From an uncultured Roseivirgaceae bacterium (GTDB lineage: Bacteria > Bacteroidota > Bacteroidia > Cytophagales > Cyclobacteriaceae), in NCBI GenBank assembly GCA_964404445.1, contig CAYOJW010000009.1:1-64000 (forward strand): a stretch of 64,000 bases of DNA. The letters run 5' to 3'. Position numbers and translations under genes: made by a program. Shown here in pieces: positions 29,616-39,540 of the stretch (positions are counted from its first letter, which is position 1; every line of letters begins with the position of its first letter). Under the pieces are notes generated by a model that saw nothing but the letters and a program-made list of their open reading frames with translations, was not told the DNA's origin and searched no databases.

Positions 29616-30533
29616 ATGAACAACCTTCGCATCATATTCATGGGCACACCTGAGTTTGCCGTACCCAGCCTGGAAATATTAGTTGAAAACAAATTCAATG
29701 TGGTGGCGGTAATCACAGCACCCGATAAACCGCAGGGTCGTGGTCAAAAGCTTACGGCATCGCCTGTAAAAGAGTGTGCATTAAAACATAACATTCCGGT
29801 TCTGCAACCAGCAAATCTTAAAGCACCTGAGTTTGTTGAAAAATTAAAAAGCTATCAGGCCAATTTACAAGTAGTTGTAGCCTTTCGCATGTTGCCCGAA
29901 GTTGTTTGGGCAATGCCTGAATACGGTACGTTTAATTTACATGCCTCGCTCCTTCCACAATACCGTGGAGCAGCGCCTATTAACTGGGCGATTATTAATG
30001 GCGAAAAAGAAACAGGCGCTACGACATTCTTCCTCAAACACGAGATTGACACAGGCAGTATAATCTTTCAGGAGAAAGAACCGATCCACGAAAGTGATGA
30101 TGTGGGTACTTTGTACGAACGATTGATGACAAAGGGCGCAACATTGGTTTTAAAAACCGTTAAGGCCATTGAAACCGGAAATTATCCTTCTGTTGCGCAA
30201 GATATGCGTGTGGAAATAAAACATGCACCCAAAATTTTTAAAGAAACGTGCGAGATAAACTGGAACCAACCTTCAAAACAAGTAGTAGATTTCGTTCGTG
30301 GGTTAAGTCCGTATCCGGGAGCGTGGACGGTGTTGAATGGGAAACCGTATAAGATATTTAAGTGTGAAGAGTCCACAGTCGATAGTCCACAGTCCACAGC
30401 AACCGGGCAATGGACTATCGACCATGGACTGAAAATCAAAACAGCCGATAGTTGGGTAAACATTTTAGAGTTTCAGCCGGAAGGAAAAAAACGGATGGCC
30501 GTAGAGGAATTTTTACGTGGCAACAAAATCTGA
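29616..30533 (+). CDS. fmt: Methionyl-tRNA formyltransferase
   Basis: IIFMGTPEFAVPSL N-terminus, HASLLP SLYRGAAPI motif, C-terminal domain. Confidence 0.9.
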   Translation: MNNLRIIFMGTPEFAVPSLEILVENKFNVVAVITAPDKPQGRGQKLTASPVKECALKHNIPVLQPANLKAPEFVEKLKSYQANLQVVVAFRMLPEVVWAMPEYGTFNLHASLLPQYRGAAPINWAIINGEKETGATTFFLKHEIDTGSIIFQEKEPIHESDDVGTLYERLMTKGATLVLKTVKAIETGNYPSVAQDMRVEIKHAPKIFKETCEINWNQPSKQVVDFVRGLSPYPGAWTVLNGKPYKIFKCEESTVDSPQSTATGQWTIDHGLKIKTADSWVNILEFQPEGKKRMAVEEFLRGNKI

Positions 30534-30606
30534 TTTGATGATTTGAAAATTCGTTACTTTGAAAATGAATTTATTATTAGCTATCTCTTAAGCGCTCATA
30601 AAGAAA

Positions 30607-31107
30607 ATGATTATATCGCTCATAGCCGCCCTTACCGAAAACCGTGTGATTGGTAAAGACAACGACCTGCCGTGGCACCTGCCCGATGACATGAAGTATT
30701 TCATGCAAACTACCTCGGGCCATCACGTGATTATGGGGCGGAAAAATTATGAGTCGATCCCGAAAAAATTCAGGCCGCTGCCAAACCGTACCAACATTGT
30801 GGTAACACGCCAAAAAGACTATGCTGCACCGGGATGTATCGTGGTCAACTCCATTGCGCAGGGCATTGACATCGCCATCGAAAATCATGAAAGCGAAGTT
30901 TTTATCATTGGCGGAGCGGAAATCTACACACAAAGCCTTACCATGGCCAACCGGCTGTACCTGACCGAAATTAAAACATCGTTAGAAGGCCACGCCTTTT
31001 TTCCCGCATTCGATAAGCATGCGTGGCAAGAGGTCTCGCGCAAGCATCACCCCACAGACGATAAGCACCTTTATGCATTTGATTTTGTGATATATGATAA
31101 GAAGTAA
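30607..31107 (+). CDS. folA: Dihydrofolate reductase
   Basis: [27 protein letters not shown]; [12 protein letters not shown]; 166 aa. Confidence 0.9.
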   Translation: MIISLIAALTENRVIGKDNDLPWHLPDDMKYFMQTTSGHHVIMGRKNYESIPKKFRPLPNRTNIVVTRQKDYAAPGCIVVNSIAQGIDIAIENHESEVFIIGGAEIYTQSLTMANRLYLTEIKTSLEGHAFFPAFDKHAWQEVSRKHHPTDDKHLYAFDFVIYDKK

Positions 31108-31130
31108 TCCAAATTCGTAACTTTCAGGCT

Positions 31131-31508
31131 ATGGAAACTCACAAACGTATTCTCGGTATAATTTTCATCATTTGGGGCGTACTCCGAATTTTCGGGATGA
31201 TTTTTTTAATCAGTTTTTTCTCGCTGCTGATGCCTTTTATTATGGAAGAAGTACCGGCAAACGATCAATGGGCTATTGCATGGTTAGAGCCTTTCTTTCA
31301 AACCCTTGGCCTTGGCATTATTTTTCTTTTTGCCATTCCGTCCATCATAGCCGGCATTGGATTACTTACTAAAAAATCGTGGGCACCTACCATGGCACTT
31401 ATTTTCGGGTGCCTCGGTGTGTTCAATTTCCCGGTAGGCACGGCCATTGGTGGTTACGCAGTTTGGGTTTACATCGAACACAATAAAGAAAAACGCGCAG
31501 CAGCATAA
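31131..31508 (+). CDS. Small integral membrane protein, unknown function
   Basis: 125 aa, 3-4 hydrophobic helices. Confidence 0.4.
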   Translation: METHKRILGIIFIIWGVLRIFGMIFLISFFSLLMPFIMEEVPANDQWAIAWLEPFFQTLGLGIIFLFAIPSIIAGIGLLTKKSWAPTMALIFGCLGVFNFPVGTAIGGYAVWVYIEHNKEKRAAA

Positions 31509-31517
31509 TTTTACAGC

Positions 31518-32327
31518 ATGGCAAAACTTACCAACAAAGTTATTTGGGTTACCGGAGCATCGTCAGGCATTGGCGAAGCATTAGTGTTAGAACTCGCGAA
31601 GAAAAACGTTAAACTGATTATCTCTTCACGCAGAAAAGAAGAACTCGAACGTGTAAAAGGAAATTGCATCGCTTCGGCTCAAGCTAACATTCGGGTATTA
31701 CCGCTTGACTTATCGGAAGCTTCTACGCTTCAATTAAGTACCGAAGCTGCCATTCAATTGTTCGGCCATGTTGATATTCTGATTAACAACGGAGGCATTA
31801 GCCAGCGTAGTTTGGCGAAAGACACTACGCTGGATGTTGATCGGAAAATTATGGAGATTGATTATTTCGGTTCGATTGCGTTAACAAAATATTTGTTGCC
31901 GCATTTCATCAAACGTAAATCGGGGCATTTCGTAACCATTACCAGCGTGATGGGGAAAATTGGAACACCATATCGTACCGGATATGCCGCTGCCAAGCAT
32001 GCGTTGCACGGTTTTTTTGATTCGTTGCGTGCAGAAGTATGGCACGAAAGCAAAAACATTTATGTAACGCTGGTAACCCCGGGCTGGATCCATACCAATA
32101 TTTCGGTAAACGCTTTAGTGGGCGATGGCTCACAAAACAAATCGATGGATAAAACCACCGGAGGTGGAATGGATCGGTTTGTATTTGCCCGTAAGATGAT
32201 CAGCGCGGTGGAAGCACGTAAACAAGAAGTTTATATTGGCGGATTTAAAGAAGGCATGGCTATTAGACTGAAACGATTTGTACCGCGCATTTTCTCAAGA
32301 ATTGTACGCAACGCAACCGTGCGGTAA
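31518..32327 (+). CDS. SDR-family oxidoreductase
   Basis: VTGASSGIGEA Rossmann motif; NNGG; YxxxK (YAAAK). Confidence 0.85.
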   Translation: MAKLTNKVIWVTGASSGIGEALVLELAKKNVKLIISSRRKEELERVKGNCIASAQANIRVLPLDLSEASTLQLSTEAAIQLFGHVDILINNGGISQRSLAKDTTLDVDRKIMEIDYFGSIALTKYLLPHFIKRKSGHFVTITSVMGKIGTPYRTGYAAAKHALHGFFDSLRAEVWHESKNIYVTLVTPGWIHTNISVNALVGDGSQNKSMDKTTGGGMDRFVFARKMISAVEARKQEVYIGGFKEGMAIRLKRFVPRIFSRIVRNATVR

Positions 32328-33692
32328 TTATCCGTGAATGTGAATGCCGAAGGATAAACCCGGCCACATTTCCAGTAACGTATCGTTCAGTTTTGTATGT
32401 GCTTCTAAAAAAGACGGGCTAATTCCATCATCAGATTTGGTCCAATAAAAATTATACGTCAACGCTGCAAATAAATAAATGTTTTGCAACTTCGGACTCA
32501 GTCGTGAGCCAAACGAAACTTTAGGGCGCATTAATAAACTCAAATCGCGGGTAATTGATTTTGCCTCGTGGTTAATGTGTAATGCCTCCAAGCCATACGA
32601 TACAAATCGAAACTCGCCCATGCCCGGTGTTACCGATCGATTGTACACATAGCGCTTTATGCCATAACCCAGCGCCCAGCTTTTTTGTGTAGGGTTAAAT
32701 CCGTTAGATGAGTTTGAGAAAATAAGTGAGTTTAAAATATACCGGTTTGATGATGCGTTTTGAATCCTCCGATTCTTCATGTTTCCCGTAGCGATTTCAT
32801 AGTTAGTGTAAAATAATTCATCAGCATAAACTGCTATATGCCCTACATCGCCCGCGTTAATTAAACCAATGGCCGTACCATCTTTTGTACCTACATCCTT
32901 CCCTCCCCTGTAAATATTGATCAGCCCGATTTGTGTACCCTGCGATCGTTTAGCATAATTAATTAAACCAACCTGAAAACCATTCATCCGTTTAGCGAAA
33001 TTGAACAATCCGAGTTGTAGTGCTGTCGATTTCAACTCACCTGTAGAATTTTTTCCTTCGATGTACCCGGCTTTGTTAATCATGCTGATTTGTACCCCAT
33101 GCAATTCGCCCGAGGTGTAATTCATTAACCCTGCGATCTGCGTTCCGTCCATCGATTGAACGGAAGAGTTCCACAAACCGGCAAGTTGGAGTCCGAACGA
33201 ATACTTGCGCACCACATTTGAAATACCACTTAATTGAAACCCCATTAAAGCACCTTGTGCCACATTAAAACCTCCGGTAATCTGGCTTCCGAACACATTG
33301 TTAACCACAATATTGGTTAACCCTGAAATCTGCATTCCCGTAAGGTTAGCTTCAAAACCTGTACGGATTTTTTGATCCTTCTCTTTATCAGTCATCGCAA
33401 CAAAAGCGTTTGCTCCGGTAATATTTGCAATACCGGCCAGTTGTAGCGCGCGTGTTTCGTCAGTATTCAAGTTTGAAAACCCCGAAACCTCAAACAACAG
33501 TGTTGCTTTAGAATATCCGGATGTAAGATTGAAAGCAAGAAAGTTCGAATAACTTCCGGGTTGCAGGCCGTTTGTGCCCAGGCCGGGAGCAATTGAAAAT
33601 TGAAATGGTTTGAGATACGATTTCGCGCGTTGTGCTTCTGCAACGAAAGAAATGCACACAGCAAGGCTGAGGCAACAGATTTTGGTGGTCAA
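32328..33692 (-). CDS. Secreted repeat protein with ~10 tandem ~11-residue x-Q-h-x-G-h-x-N repeats plus a C-terminal domain; function unknown
   Basis: Signal peptide; repeats LQLAGIANITG, MQISGLTNIVV, FQLSGISNVVR, LQLAGLWNSSV, TQIAGLMNYTS, VQISMINKAGY, FQVGLINYAKR, TQIGLINIYRG. Confidence 0.45.
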   Translation of the reverse strand: MTTKICCLSLAVCISFVAEAQRAKSYLKPFQFSIAPGLGTNGLQPGSYSNFLAFNLTSGYSKATLLFEVSGFSNLNTDETRALQLAGIANITGANAFVAMTDKEKDQKIRTGFEANLTGMQISGLTNIVVNNVFGSQITGGFNVAQGALMGFQLSGISNVVRKYSFGLQLAGLWNSSVQSMDGTQIAGLMNYTSGELHGVQISMINKAGYIEGKNSTGELKSTALQLGLFNFAKRMNGFQVGLINYAKRSQGTQIGLINIYRGGKDVGTKDGTAIGLINAGDVGHIAVYADELFYTNYEIATGNMKNRRIQNASSNRYILNSLIFSNSSNGFNPTQKSWALGYGIKRYVYNRSVTPGMGEFRFVSYGLEALHINHEAKSITRDLSLLMRPKVSFGSRLSPKLQNIYLFAALTYNFYWTKSDDGISPSFLEAHTKLNDTLLEMWPGLSFGIHIHG

Positions 33693-33827
33693 GATTCAGG
33701 GGTTTAGGTTTGTTTCTTAACGGAAGCCCCCCTTTTTTATTTTATAATAATGCTATTTTTATAGCTGCTGACATAGGGTTGACAAATTCAATGGTTTATT
33801 TGCATCATCACATTAAACCAAACACTT

Positions 33828-34286
33828 ATGCACAAACCTTTAATCATTACCAATATCATCGAAATCAATGCCTCTGCTTTACAAGTTTGGGATGCGCTCG
33901 TTAACCCGGCCAAAACAAAACAGTATATGTTTGGCTGCGAAACCGTAAGCGACTGGAAAAAAGGAAGCCCGTTATTATGGAAGGGTGAAGCAGAAGGAAA
34001 AGAAATTGTGTATGTAAAAGGTGTGATCGTTGATATTCAGCCCGAAAAATTTCTTGCCTACACTACCATCGATCCTCATTCAAACATCGATGATACTGCC
34101 GAAAACTACCTAACGGTAACCTACTCGCTCAAAGAACAAAATGGTATCACAACCTTTACCGTCACCCAAGGCGATTACGCAAAAGTTGCCGAAGGCGACA
34201 GACGGTACAAAGAATCGTACAACAATGGCGAAGGTTGGACCCCGATTTTAATACAAATTAAAAACTTGGTAGAACAATCTGTTTAA
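33828..34286 (+). CDS. SRPBCC (AHSA1/Bet v1-like) domain protein
   Basis: 152 aa; pattern typical of the Activator-of-Hsp90-ATPase-homolog-like / polyketide-cyclase fold; weak. Confidence 0.5.
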   Translation: MHKPLIITNIIEINASALQVWDALVNPAKTKQYMFGCETVSDWKKGSPLLWKGEAEGKEIVYVKGVIVDIQPEKFLAYTTIDPHSNIDDTAENYLTVTYSLKEQNGITTFTVTQGDYAKVAEGDRRYKESYNNGEGWTPILIQIKNLVEQSV

Positions 34287-34314
34287 CTGATACTACACAG
34301 AATATTGTTTAACC

Positions 34315-34428
34315 ACGGAGTTCACACAGAGTCCTCAGAAAAAAAATACTTCTGTGGACTCTGTGATAGTTGCCACTCTGTGTGCGCTGTGGTAAAATTA
34401 TTGTTTGTGTAAACTCCGTAACTCCGTT
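34315..34428. terminator. Nested long hairpin between convergent genes: outer ACGGAGTT/AACTCCGT, inner ~15-bp stem CACAGAGTCCTCAGAA / CTTCTGTGGACTCTGTG with an A8 loop
   Basis: Inverted repeats seen directly; CACAG/CTGTG-rich. Confidence 0.5.
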
Positions 34429-34430
34429 AT

Positions 34431-34976
34431 TTAATTTCTTTTTAGTTTAATCTTCCTTTGCAAGAAGCCAGCACCTGCACCGTTTGCCTGGTTAACAAGG
34501 TGTTCGTAGCGGTATAAATAAAAAGATTTTTTCGAGGCTTCTTTTATTGTATAGATAACCTCGCTTGAATACTCGCCCTGATGACGATAGTACATATTTA
34601 GCAAATTGATGGTTTCCATGTTGGCTGTTGAGTTAATATCCCACGTGGTGGTGTCTTTCTTCAATACCCCGTCATCCATATAGCTGTATATCATCAACCG
34701 TTGGCCATCTTTAATGGGTGTGCCTGTGTAATCCGAAGGGATATTTACAAATTTAAAAGTGCCTTCAGTAAAAACAGAATCGTAAATAACAATTTCTAAT
34801 TCATCCATATATTTTACCTGTAACGAATCTAAAGTCCATTCTTTGTTCATAATGGTGTCAAAGAATTTTTCATTTCTTGTTTTGCCATCCAACGATTCCA
34901 TAATCTCATCGCACGAACCGAATACTAAAGGGAATAAAATAACGATAAAGAGATTTCTTATTTTCATGTGTTTCAT
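34431..34976 (-). CDS. Hypothetical lipoprotein
   Basis: Signal peptide plus Cys (FPLVFGSC); no recognisable domain. Confidence 0.4.
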   Translation of the reverse strand: MKHMKIRNLFIVILFPLVFGSCDEIMESLDGKTRNEKFFDTIMNKEWTLDSLQVKYMDELEIVIYDSVFTEGTFKFVNIPSDYTGTPIKDGQRLMIYSYMDDGVLKKDTTTWDINSTANMETINLLNMYYRHQGEYSSEVIYTIKEASKKSFYLYRYEHLVNQANGAGAGFLQRKIKLKRN

Positions 34977-35043
34977 TTTTTTGATCTGGTTTTAAAGTTT
35001 AGAACAGGTGTCAGACACCTATGTTTGTTAGGGTTGGGCCTCA

Positions 35044-36789
35044 TTACTTTTGAAGTTCCCATACGGTTTCGTACTCACCATTGATTTTTTCTTGTGCCTT
35101 GAGTTCTTGTAGTGCTTTTTTGAAGGCGGAAACAAAATCATCGGCACGTACAATTTTATCCAACAAAGACATATCGCCTTTGTTCATCGCTTTGATGTCT
35201 TTGTTTTTAATGGTGACTCCACTTCCCTCTATCTCGCCCGAAAAATATTTGGTAGTAAGCAAGGCAAACATATCGTGTTTCTTTCCGATGAGTTCCACTT
35301 TTAGTGTTGGCACCATTTTCGGTTCGGTTTTCGGAGATACTTTCAAATCGAGATTCATTGTTACCCGCAGTTGAGCGTTGCTGCCCGTTTCATCAAAAAT
35401 GTTGCTTGTTCCTGAAAATGAAAGTGTTAATGGCGCTGTTGCACTAAACTTATGCAACCCCTCGTAGCTTCTCGAAAATGCTTCGGTTACATTTTTATCC
35501 GCTTCGGAATACGCACCGTAGCTTTGATATTCTTTGCTGGATAATGCTGTTTTGGCAGGCAATACGTTTGCGCCTAATTCGTCTTTCAGAACCTGAGTAA
35601 TTCCTGTATATAACTGAGCCAAAACGGCATCTATTTTTTCATCGGGGAAACTCAATCTGATGTAACTTGAATATTCGGTTTGTGTATCTCCGCTGTATTC
35701 GGTTTTCTCGGCAGATGCTTCTGTTCTTCCGCTTAGCGAAAATGTAGTTACCAATATTTTGTCAACCTGCGAAAAAGGTCTTGAACCGAATGCGTTTTCT
35801 TTGGTAAATTCATATTTCAGTTTTCCTGTGGAGGCGGTTATTTCGGCTTTGGTTTCCAATGGTTTCATCACTTCCAAATCAGGTGTGAATGTTACCGGCA
35901 ATGCTGCGCTGCTCATGGCAAAGTATTTTACGGGGGTTTTGTAAAAACCGGTTTCGTCTTTGGCTTCTTTTATTTGAGCATCGTCAATAATCAACCAACT
36001 GTTTTTGAAATTCAGGTTATTGGTTGTACCGATGTGTTTGAGCAAATATCCCGGAAGGGTGATTTTGGAAGTCGCTTTTACTGTGGCTACGCTGTACGTT
36101 GAGCGAATGCCAATGGTTGTGCCTACTATACGAATGGATACATAACTTCCCGGTGTGTAATCGGCAAGTTCGAGTGTGAAATCTTTGGTAAGATCAATGG
36201 TACAGTTGTCTTTCTGCCCGTTGATGGATAGTAATTTTACGGTGTTCGCATTCGGTTCGAAACTGAATTTCGCTTTTTGTCCGTTTCCGGTGGCAATTTC
36301 CAGCACTCTGTTTTTGGTATTGTGGTCGAACACTTTGGTGTACAATCCGGTGCTTTGGTAGTCACCGCTTACTCCGTCAAGTGTTACCGTTCCGTCTATT
36401 TTGTACGTGAACGCACGGTTTTTCGGAACAAACATAACGCCTACTAAATCGCCTCCGCTTTTCCAACCGTTGAAAAAATCCATATCAATCGTACCCATTT
36501 CTTTGGGCAGGATGTTGCTCATCAGATAAACATAAGGTTCTACAACGCTGAGGTCGGCAGTGGTAGAAGCACCGCCCATACCGGTTGCTGCCGCAGCTTT
36601 TGCGGCCACTTTTGCCAGTCCGCCTACTGCTTTTTGTGCAATTTTATCGAGCCCCAACCCTTTCTTTTCTTTTGGTGCAGCGGTGCTGTCGGAGGTGTTG
36701 TTTTCTTCTTTATTGCCCTTTTTAAGAAGTTGCGCCTGCGTGCTTATGGATAGCACACCAAACACCACGGCCAGGATAAGTTTTCGCAT
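35044..36789 (-). CDS. Hypothetical secreted protein (581 aa)
   Basis: Signal peptide; Ala/Lys-rich linker then a large domain; no recognisable motif. Confidence 0.4.
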   Translation of the reverse strand: MRKLILAVVFGVLSISTQAQLLKKGNKEENNTSDSTAAPKEKKGLGLDKIAQKAVGGLAKVAAKAAAATGMGGASTTADLSVVEPYVYLMSNILPKEMGTIDMDFFNGWKSGGDLVGVMFVPKNRAFTYKIDGTVTLDGVSGDYQSTGLYTKVFDHNTKNRVLEIATGNGQKAKFSFEPNANTVKLLSINGQKDNCTIDLTKDFTLELADYTPGSYVSIRIVGTTIGIRSTYSVATVKATSKITLPGYLLKHIGTTNNLNFKNSWLIIDDAQIKEAKDETGFYKTPVKYFAMSSAALPVTFTPDLEVMKPLETKAEITASTGKLKYEFTKENAFGSRPFSQVDKILVTTFSLSGRTEASAEKTEYSGDTQTEYSSYIRLSFPDEKIDAVLAQLYTGITQVLKDELGANVLPAKTALSSKEYQSYGAYSEADKNVTEAFSRSYEGLHKFSATAPLTLSFSGTSNIFDETGSNAQLRVTMNLDLKVSPKTEPKMVPTLKVELIGKKHDMFALLTTKYFSGEIEGSGVTIKNKDIKAMNKGDMSLLDKIVRADDFVSAFKKALQELKAQEKINGEYETVWELQK

Positions 36790-36883
36790 CGTTTTGGGTT
36801 TATTGTTTTGTGCCCAAAAAGACAGAAACCAGTCCTTTTTTAAAATGCGATACGCTACGGTTTTTAGTACGTAGTGTTACGGA

Positions 36884-37537
36884 TCAAATAACCACTAACT
36901 TATGGCGGATGGCGTATTTCATAAGTGAAATGATGTTGCGGCAACCCGTTTTTTCAAGGATGTTGGCGCGGTGGGTTTCGACTGTTCGTTTGCTGATAAA
37001 CAGTTTCTCGCCTATGGCTTCGCTCGAATATTCTTCTAAAATCAACTGGAGGATTTCTATTTCGCGGACAGAAAGAATTTTCCGTACCTCTTCTTTTTTC
37101 TTTTCGGCCTGCATTTTTTGCAACAGCACGTTTAGCACTTCGCGGCCATAGTGCGTTGAACCGTTTCGTATATCATTCACGGCTACAGCAATATCTTGTG
37201 CCGATGAGTTTTTAAGGATGTAGCCTTCGGCCTCGGCTTCGAGAATTGCACTTACAATTTCGCGCTCGTTGTGCATCGATAGTACCAATACTTTAATGTG
37301 CGGATATTTTTGTTTTACCTGCCGGGTAAGTTCTATACCGCTCATCGCAAACATTGATATGTCGGTAATCAACAACTGAAAATTATCGGGGTATGTTTCA
37401 ATGCTGGCCCATGCTTCTTCGCCCGAACTTACCACGGTAACGTTGGCGTCCTTAATGTGTTTCTGTAAAATAAACAACAACCCCTCTGCAAAAAGGCGGT
37501 GATCATCGGCCACTAAAATCTTAAACAACGCTTGCAT
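36884..37537 (-). CDS. Two-component response regulator, NarL/LuxR family
   Basis: ILVADDH receiver; C-terminal LuxR HTH (LSVREIEILQLILEEYSSEAIGEKLFISKRTVETHR). Confidence 0.85.
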   Translation of the reverse strand: MQALFKILVADDHRLFAEGLLFILQKHIKDANVTVVSSGEEAWASIETYPDNFQLLITDISMFAMSGIELTRQVKQKYPHIKVLVLSMHNEREIVSAILEAEAEGYILKNSSAQDIAVAVNDIRNGSTHYGREVLNVLLQKMQAEKKKEEVRKILSVREIEILQLILEEYSSEAIGEKLFISKRTVETHRANILEKTGCRNIISLMKYAIRHKLVVI

Positions 37538-39450
37538 TATACTGCCAGTTTAATAGATACGCTTGTGCCTGAACCGGGCTGCGTATCAACTTCTATTTTC
37601 CCGTTTAACATCGATACTCGTGTAAATATATTTTTCCATCCTAAGCCTGCACTTTTGCCGATAATCTCTTTTTCAAAGCCAATGCCATTATCGGAGATTA
37701 ACAGACGAAGGCCGTCAACCGAACGCGCAACGGTAATCGTAACCACATTGGCTTTCGAGTGTTTGATCATGTTATTAAGTACCTCCTGGATAATCCGGTA
37801 AACGGTAATTTCTGTTTGAACGGGAAGCCGGTTTTCCAATCCTTCAACCGTTAGATTTACCTGCAATAAAGCCGACTCGTTTATTTTTGCGCAAACATCG
37901 CGAAGTGCAGCCGCCAACCCGATTTGCACAAGCGTGGCCGGCATAAGGTTGTGTGAAATGGCTCTTACTTCCTGTGTTGCTTCATCGACAATGCCCAATG
38001 AATTTTTCAACAACCTTGCGGTTTCGCCAGAGCCGGGTTCATCGATGGCCGACAAACTGAGTTTTATCGTGGACAACAACTGCCCTAACCCATCGTGAAG
38101 TTCTTTGGCAACACGACTGCGTTCGTTCTCTTCGGCTTCTAAAACGGCTGCGTAACGCTGTCGTTGCAGTTCCTCGCGTTCGCGTGCACTCGCAAGGCGT
38201 TGTTTATTGCGCGACTGTTTATAAAATAAATACACAATACCTGTTAGCAACACAAAGCCACCCACCACGCCCATGAATATTATTCTGAACCGATCCAGTT
38301 CCAGGTCTTTTACTTTCGCTTCTGATTCTAACAAAGCAATGTGTTGTTGCTTGCGTTCCGATTCGTATTTGGCCTCCACGGCATAGGCAATACGGGCTTT
38401 CTCGGCTGTTAATGATGTGTCTTTAATTTCTGTATAATGTTTCAAATATTTTAACGCATCTTTAAAATCGCCATTGCGTTCGCTCATGGTATATGAATCG
38501 AAATAAGTATCTAAAAGTTTTTCTGTATTGTTGCTCCGCAGTGAATAATGAATGGCCGAGTCGCGGTACATACGTGCTTTTGCCAGTCTGCCCATATCCG
38601 CATTAATGTTGCTCAGGTTGTTATACACGGTAGCCAATTGATAATCGTCAGGGTTTAACAGGTTTAATTCGAGCGAACGCACAAAATAAGGTTCAGCGAT
38701 GGCAAATGTTTTTTTCTTACGATAGGTATTGCCTATGTTATTGTTGGTAGCGGCTAAATTATCCTGACTTGCGTTTGCAAGACTCAGATTTTTAAAATGA
38801 TATTCCAATGCTTTATCGTACTGCCTGGTGTCATCGTAATTTATGGCTACGGCATTGTTGGCCAGCCAATAGATGGCGGGCGATACGGTTTTTAGTTGCG
38901 ACAGGAATTTTACGGCATCTAACCCGTATTGAAGACCAAGTTTATAATCTTGCAGGTTGTTATGATAAAGTAGCGAAAGGCTGATAAAATTTTGGGCGAT
39001 CAGCAAACTGTCGTTCGATTTCAGAAAGTAGTTTGACGACCGTTGCAAATACTCAACGGAAGCTAATGAGTTTTTGTTATTGCTCAGGTCAACGCCCACA
39101 ACACGGGTAACATACCCTGCCCATTGGTAGTTTTTCGCTTTCTCAAAGTAATACACCGCACTATCAGCCCACGCCAGTGCGCGAGGCAGGTTTCTGTTAC
39201 GATTGGCAAAACTAATAATAAACGCGCCCCTGCCCTGGTTATCGGCATCGGCTGTACGCTTCGCCCACTGAAAAGTTAGTAGCCCGAGTGAGTCGGCACG
39301 TTGAGGGTTCGCAAAAGATTTTTCGCCAGCATCACGGTACAATCGAACTTTTACGGTATCGGGTTTCGTGCGTATATCCATCAGCATCGAATCTTGTGAA
39401 ACGGTTTTTTCATGAACGAAAAACGAAAGTGCCACAAGCAAGCCGAACAT
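37537..39450 (-). CDS. TPR-repeat sensor histidine kinase (HisKA_3/NarX-type)
   Basis: N-terminal TPR repeats, one TM, H-box ELHDGLGQLLS, HATPase_c. Confidence 0.8.
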   Translation of the reverse strand: MFGLLVALSFFVHEKTVSQDSMLMDIRTKPDTVKVRLYRDAGEKSFANPQRADSLGLLTFQWAKRTADADNQGRGAFIISFANRNRNLPRALAWADSAVYYFEKAKNYQWAGYVTRVVGVDLSNNKNSLASVEYLQRSSNYFLKSNDSLLIAQNFISLSLLYHNNLQDYKLGLQYGLDAVKFLSQLKTVSPAIYWLANNAVAINYDDTRQYDKALEYHFKNLSLANASQDNLAATNNNIGNTYRKKKTFAIAEPYFVRSLELNLLNPDDYQLATVYNNLSNINADMGRLAKARMYRDSAIHYSLRSNNTEKLLDTYFDSYTMSERNGDFKDALKYLKHYTEIKDTSLTAEKARIAYAVEAKYESERKQQHIALLESEAKVKDLELDRFRIIFMGVVGGFVLLTGIVYLFYKQSRNKQRLASAREREELQRQRYAAVLEAEENERSRVAKELHDGLGQLLSTIKLSLSAIDEPGSGETARLLKNSLGIVDEATQEVRAISHNLMPATLVQIGLAAALRDVCAKINESALLQVNLTVEGLENRLPVQTEITVYRIIQEVLNNMIKHSKANVVTITVARSVDGLRLLISDNGIGFEKEIIGKSAGLGWKNIFTRVSMLNGKIEVDTQPGSGTSVSIKLAV

Positions 39451-39540
39451 AACGTAACAATAATAGTTGGTTCACGCTAAAGATAGCAATTGGCATGATG
39501 AAAAATAAGACTTATCTATGCATTTCCTAAAACCTGAATT

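Noticed and set aside
30360-30420. Inverted repeat (AGTCGATAGTCC…GGACTATCGACC) and AGTCCACAG iterations inside fmt
   Set aside because: They fall in-frame within the conserved Fmt C-terminal domain, with no insertion relative to the expected Fmt length, so they are likely coincidental coding sequence. They are noted only for their similarity to the CACAG-type hairpin at 34325.
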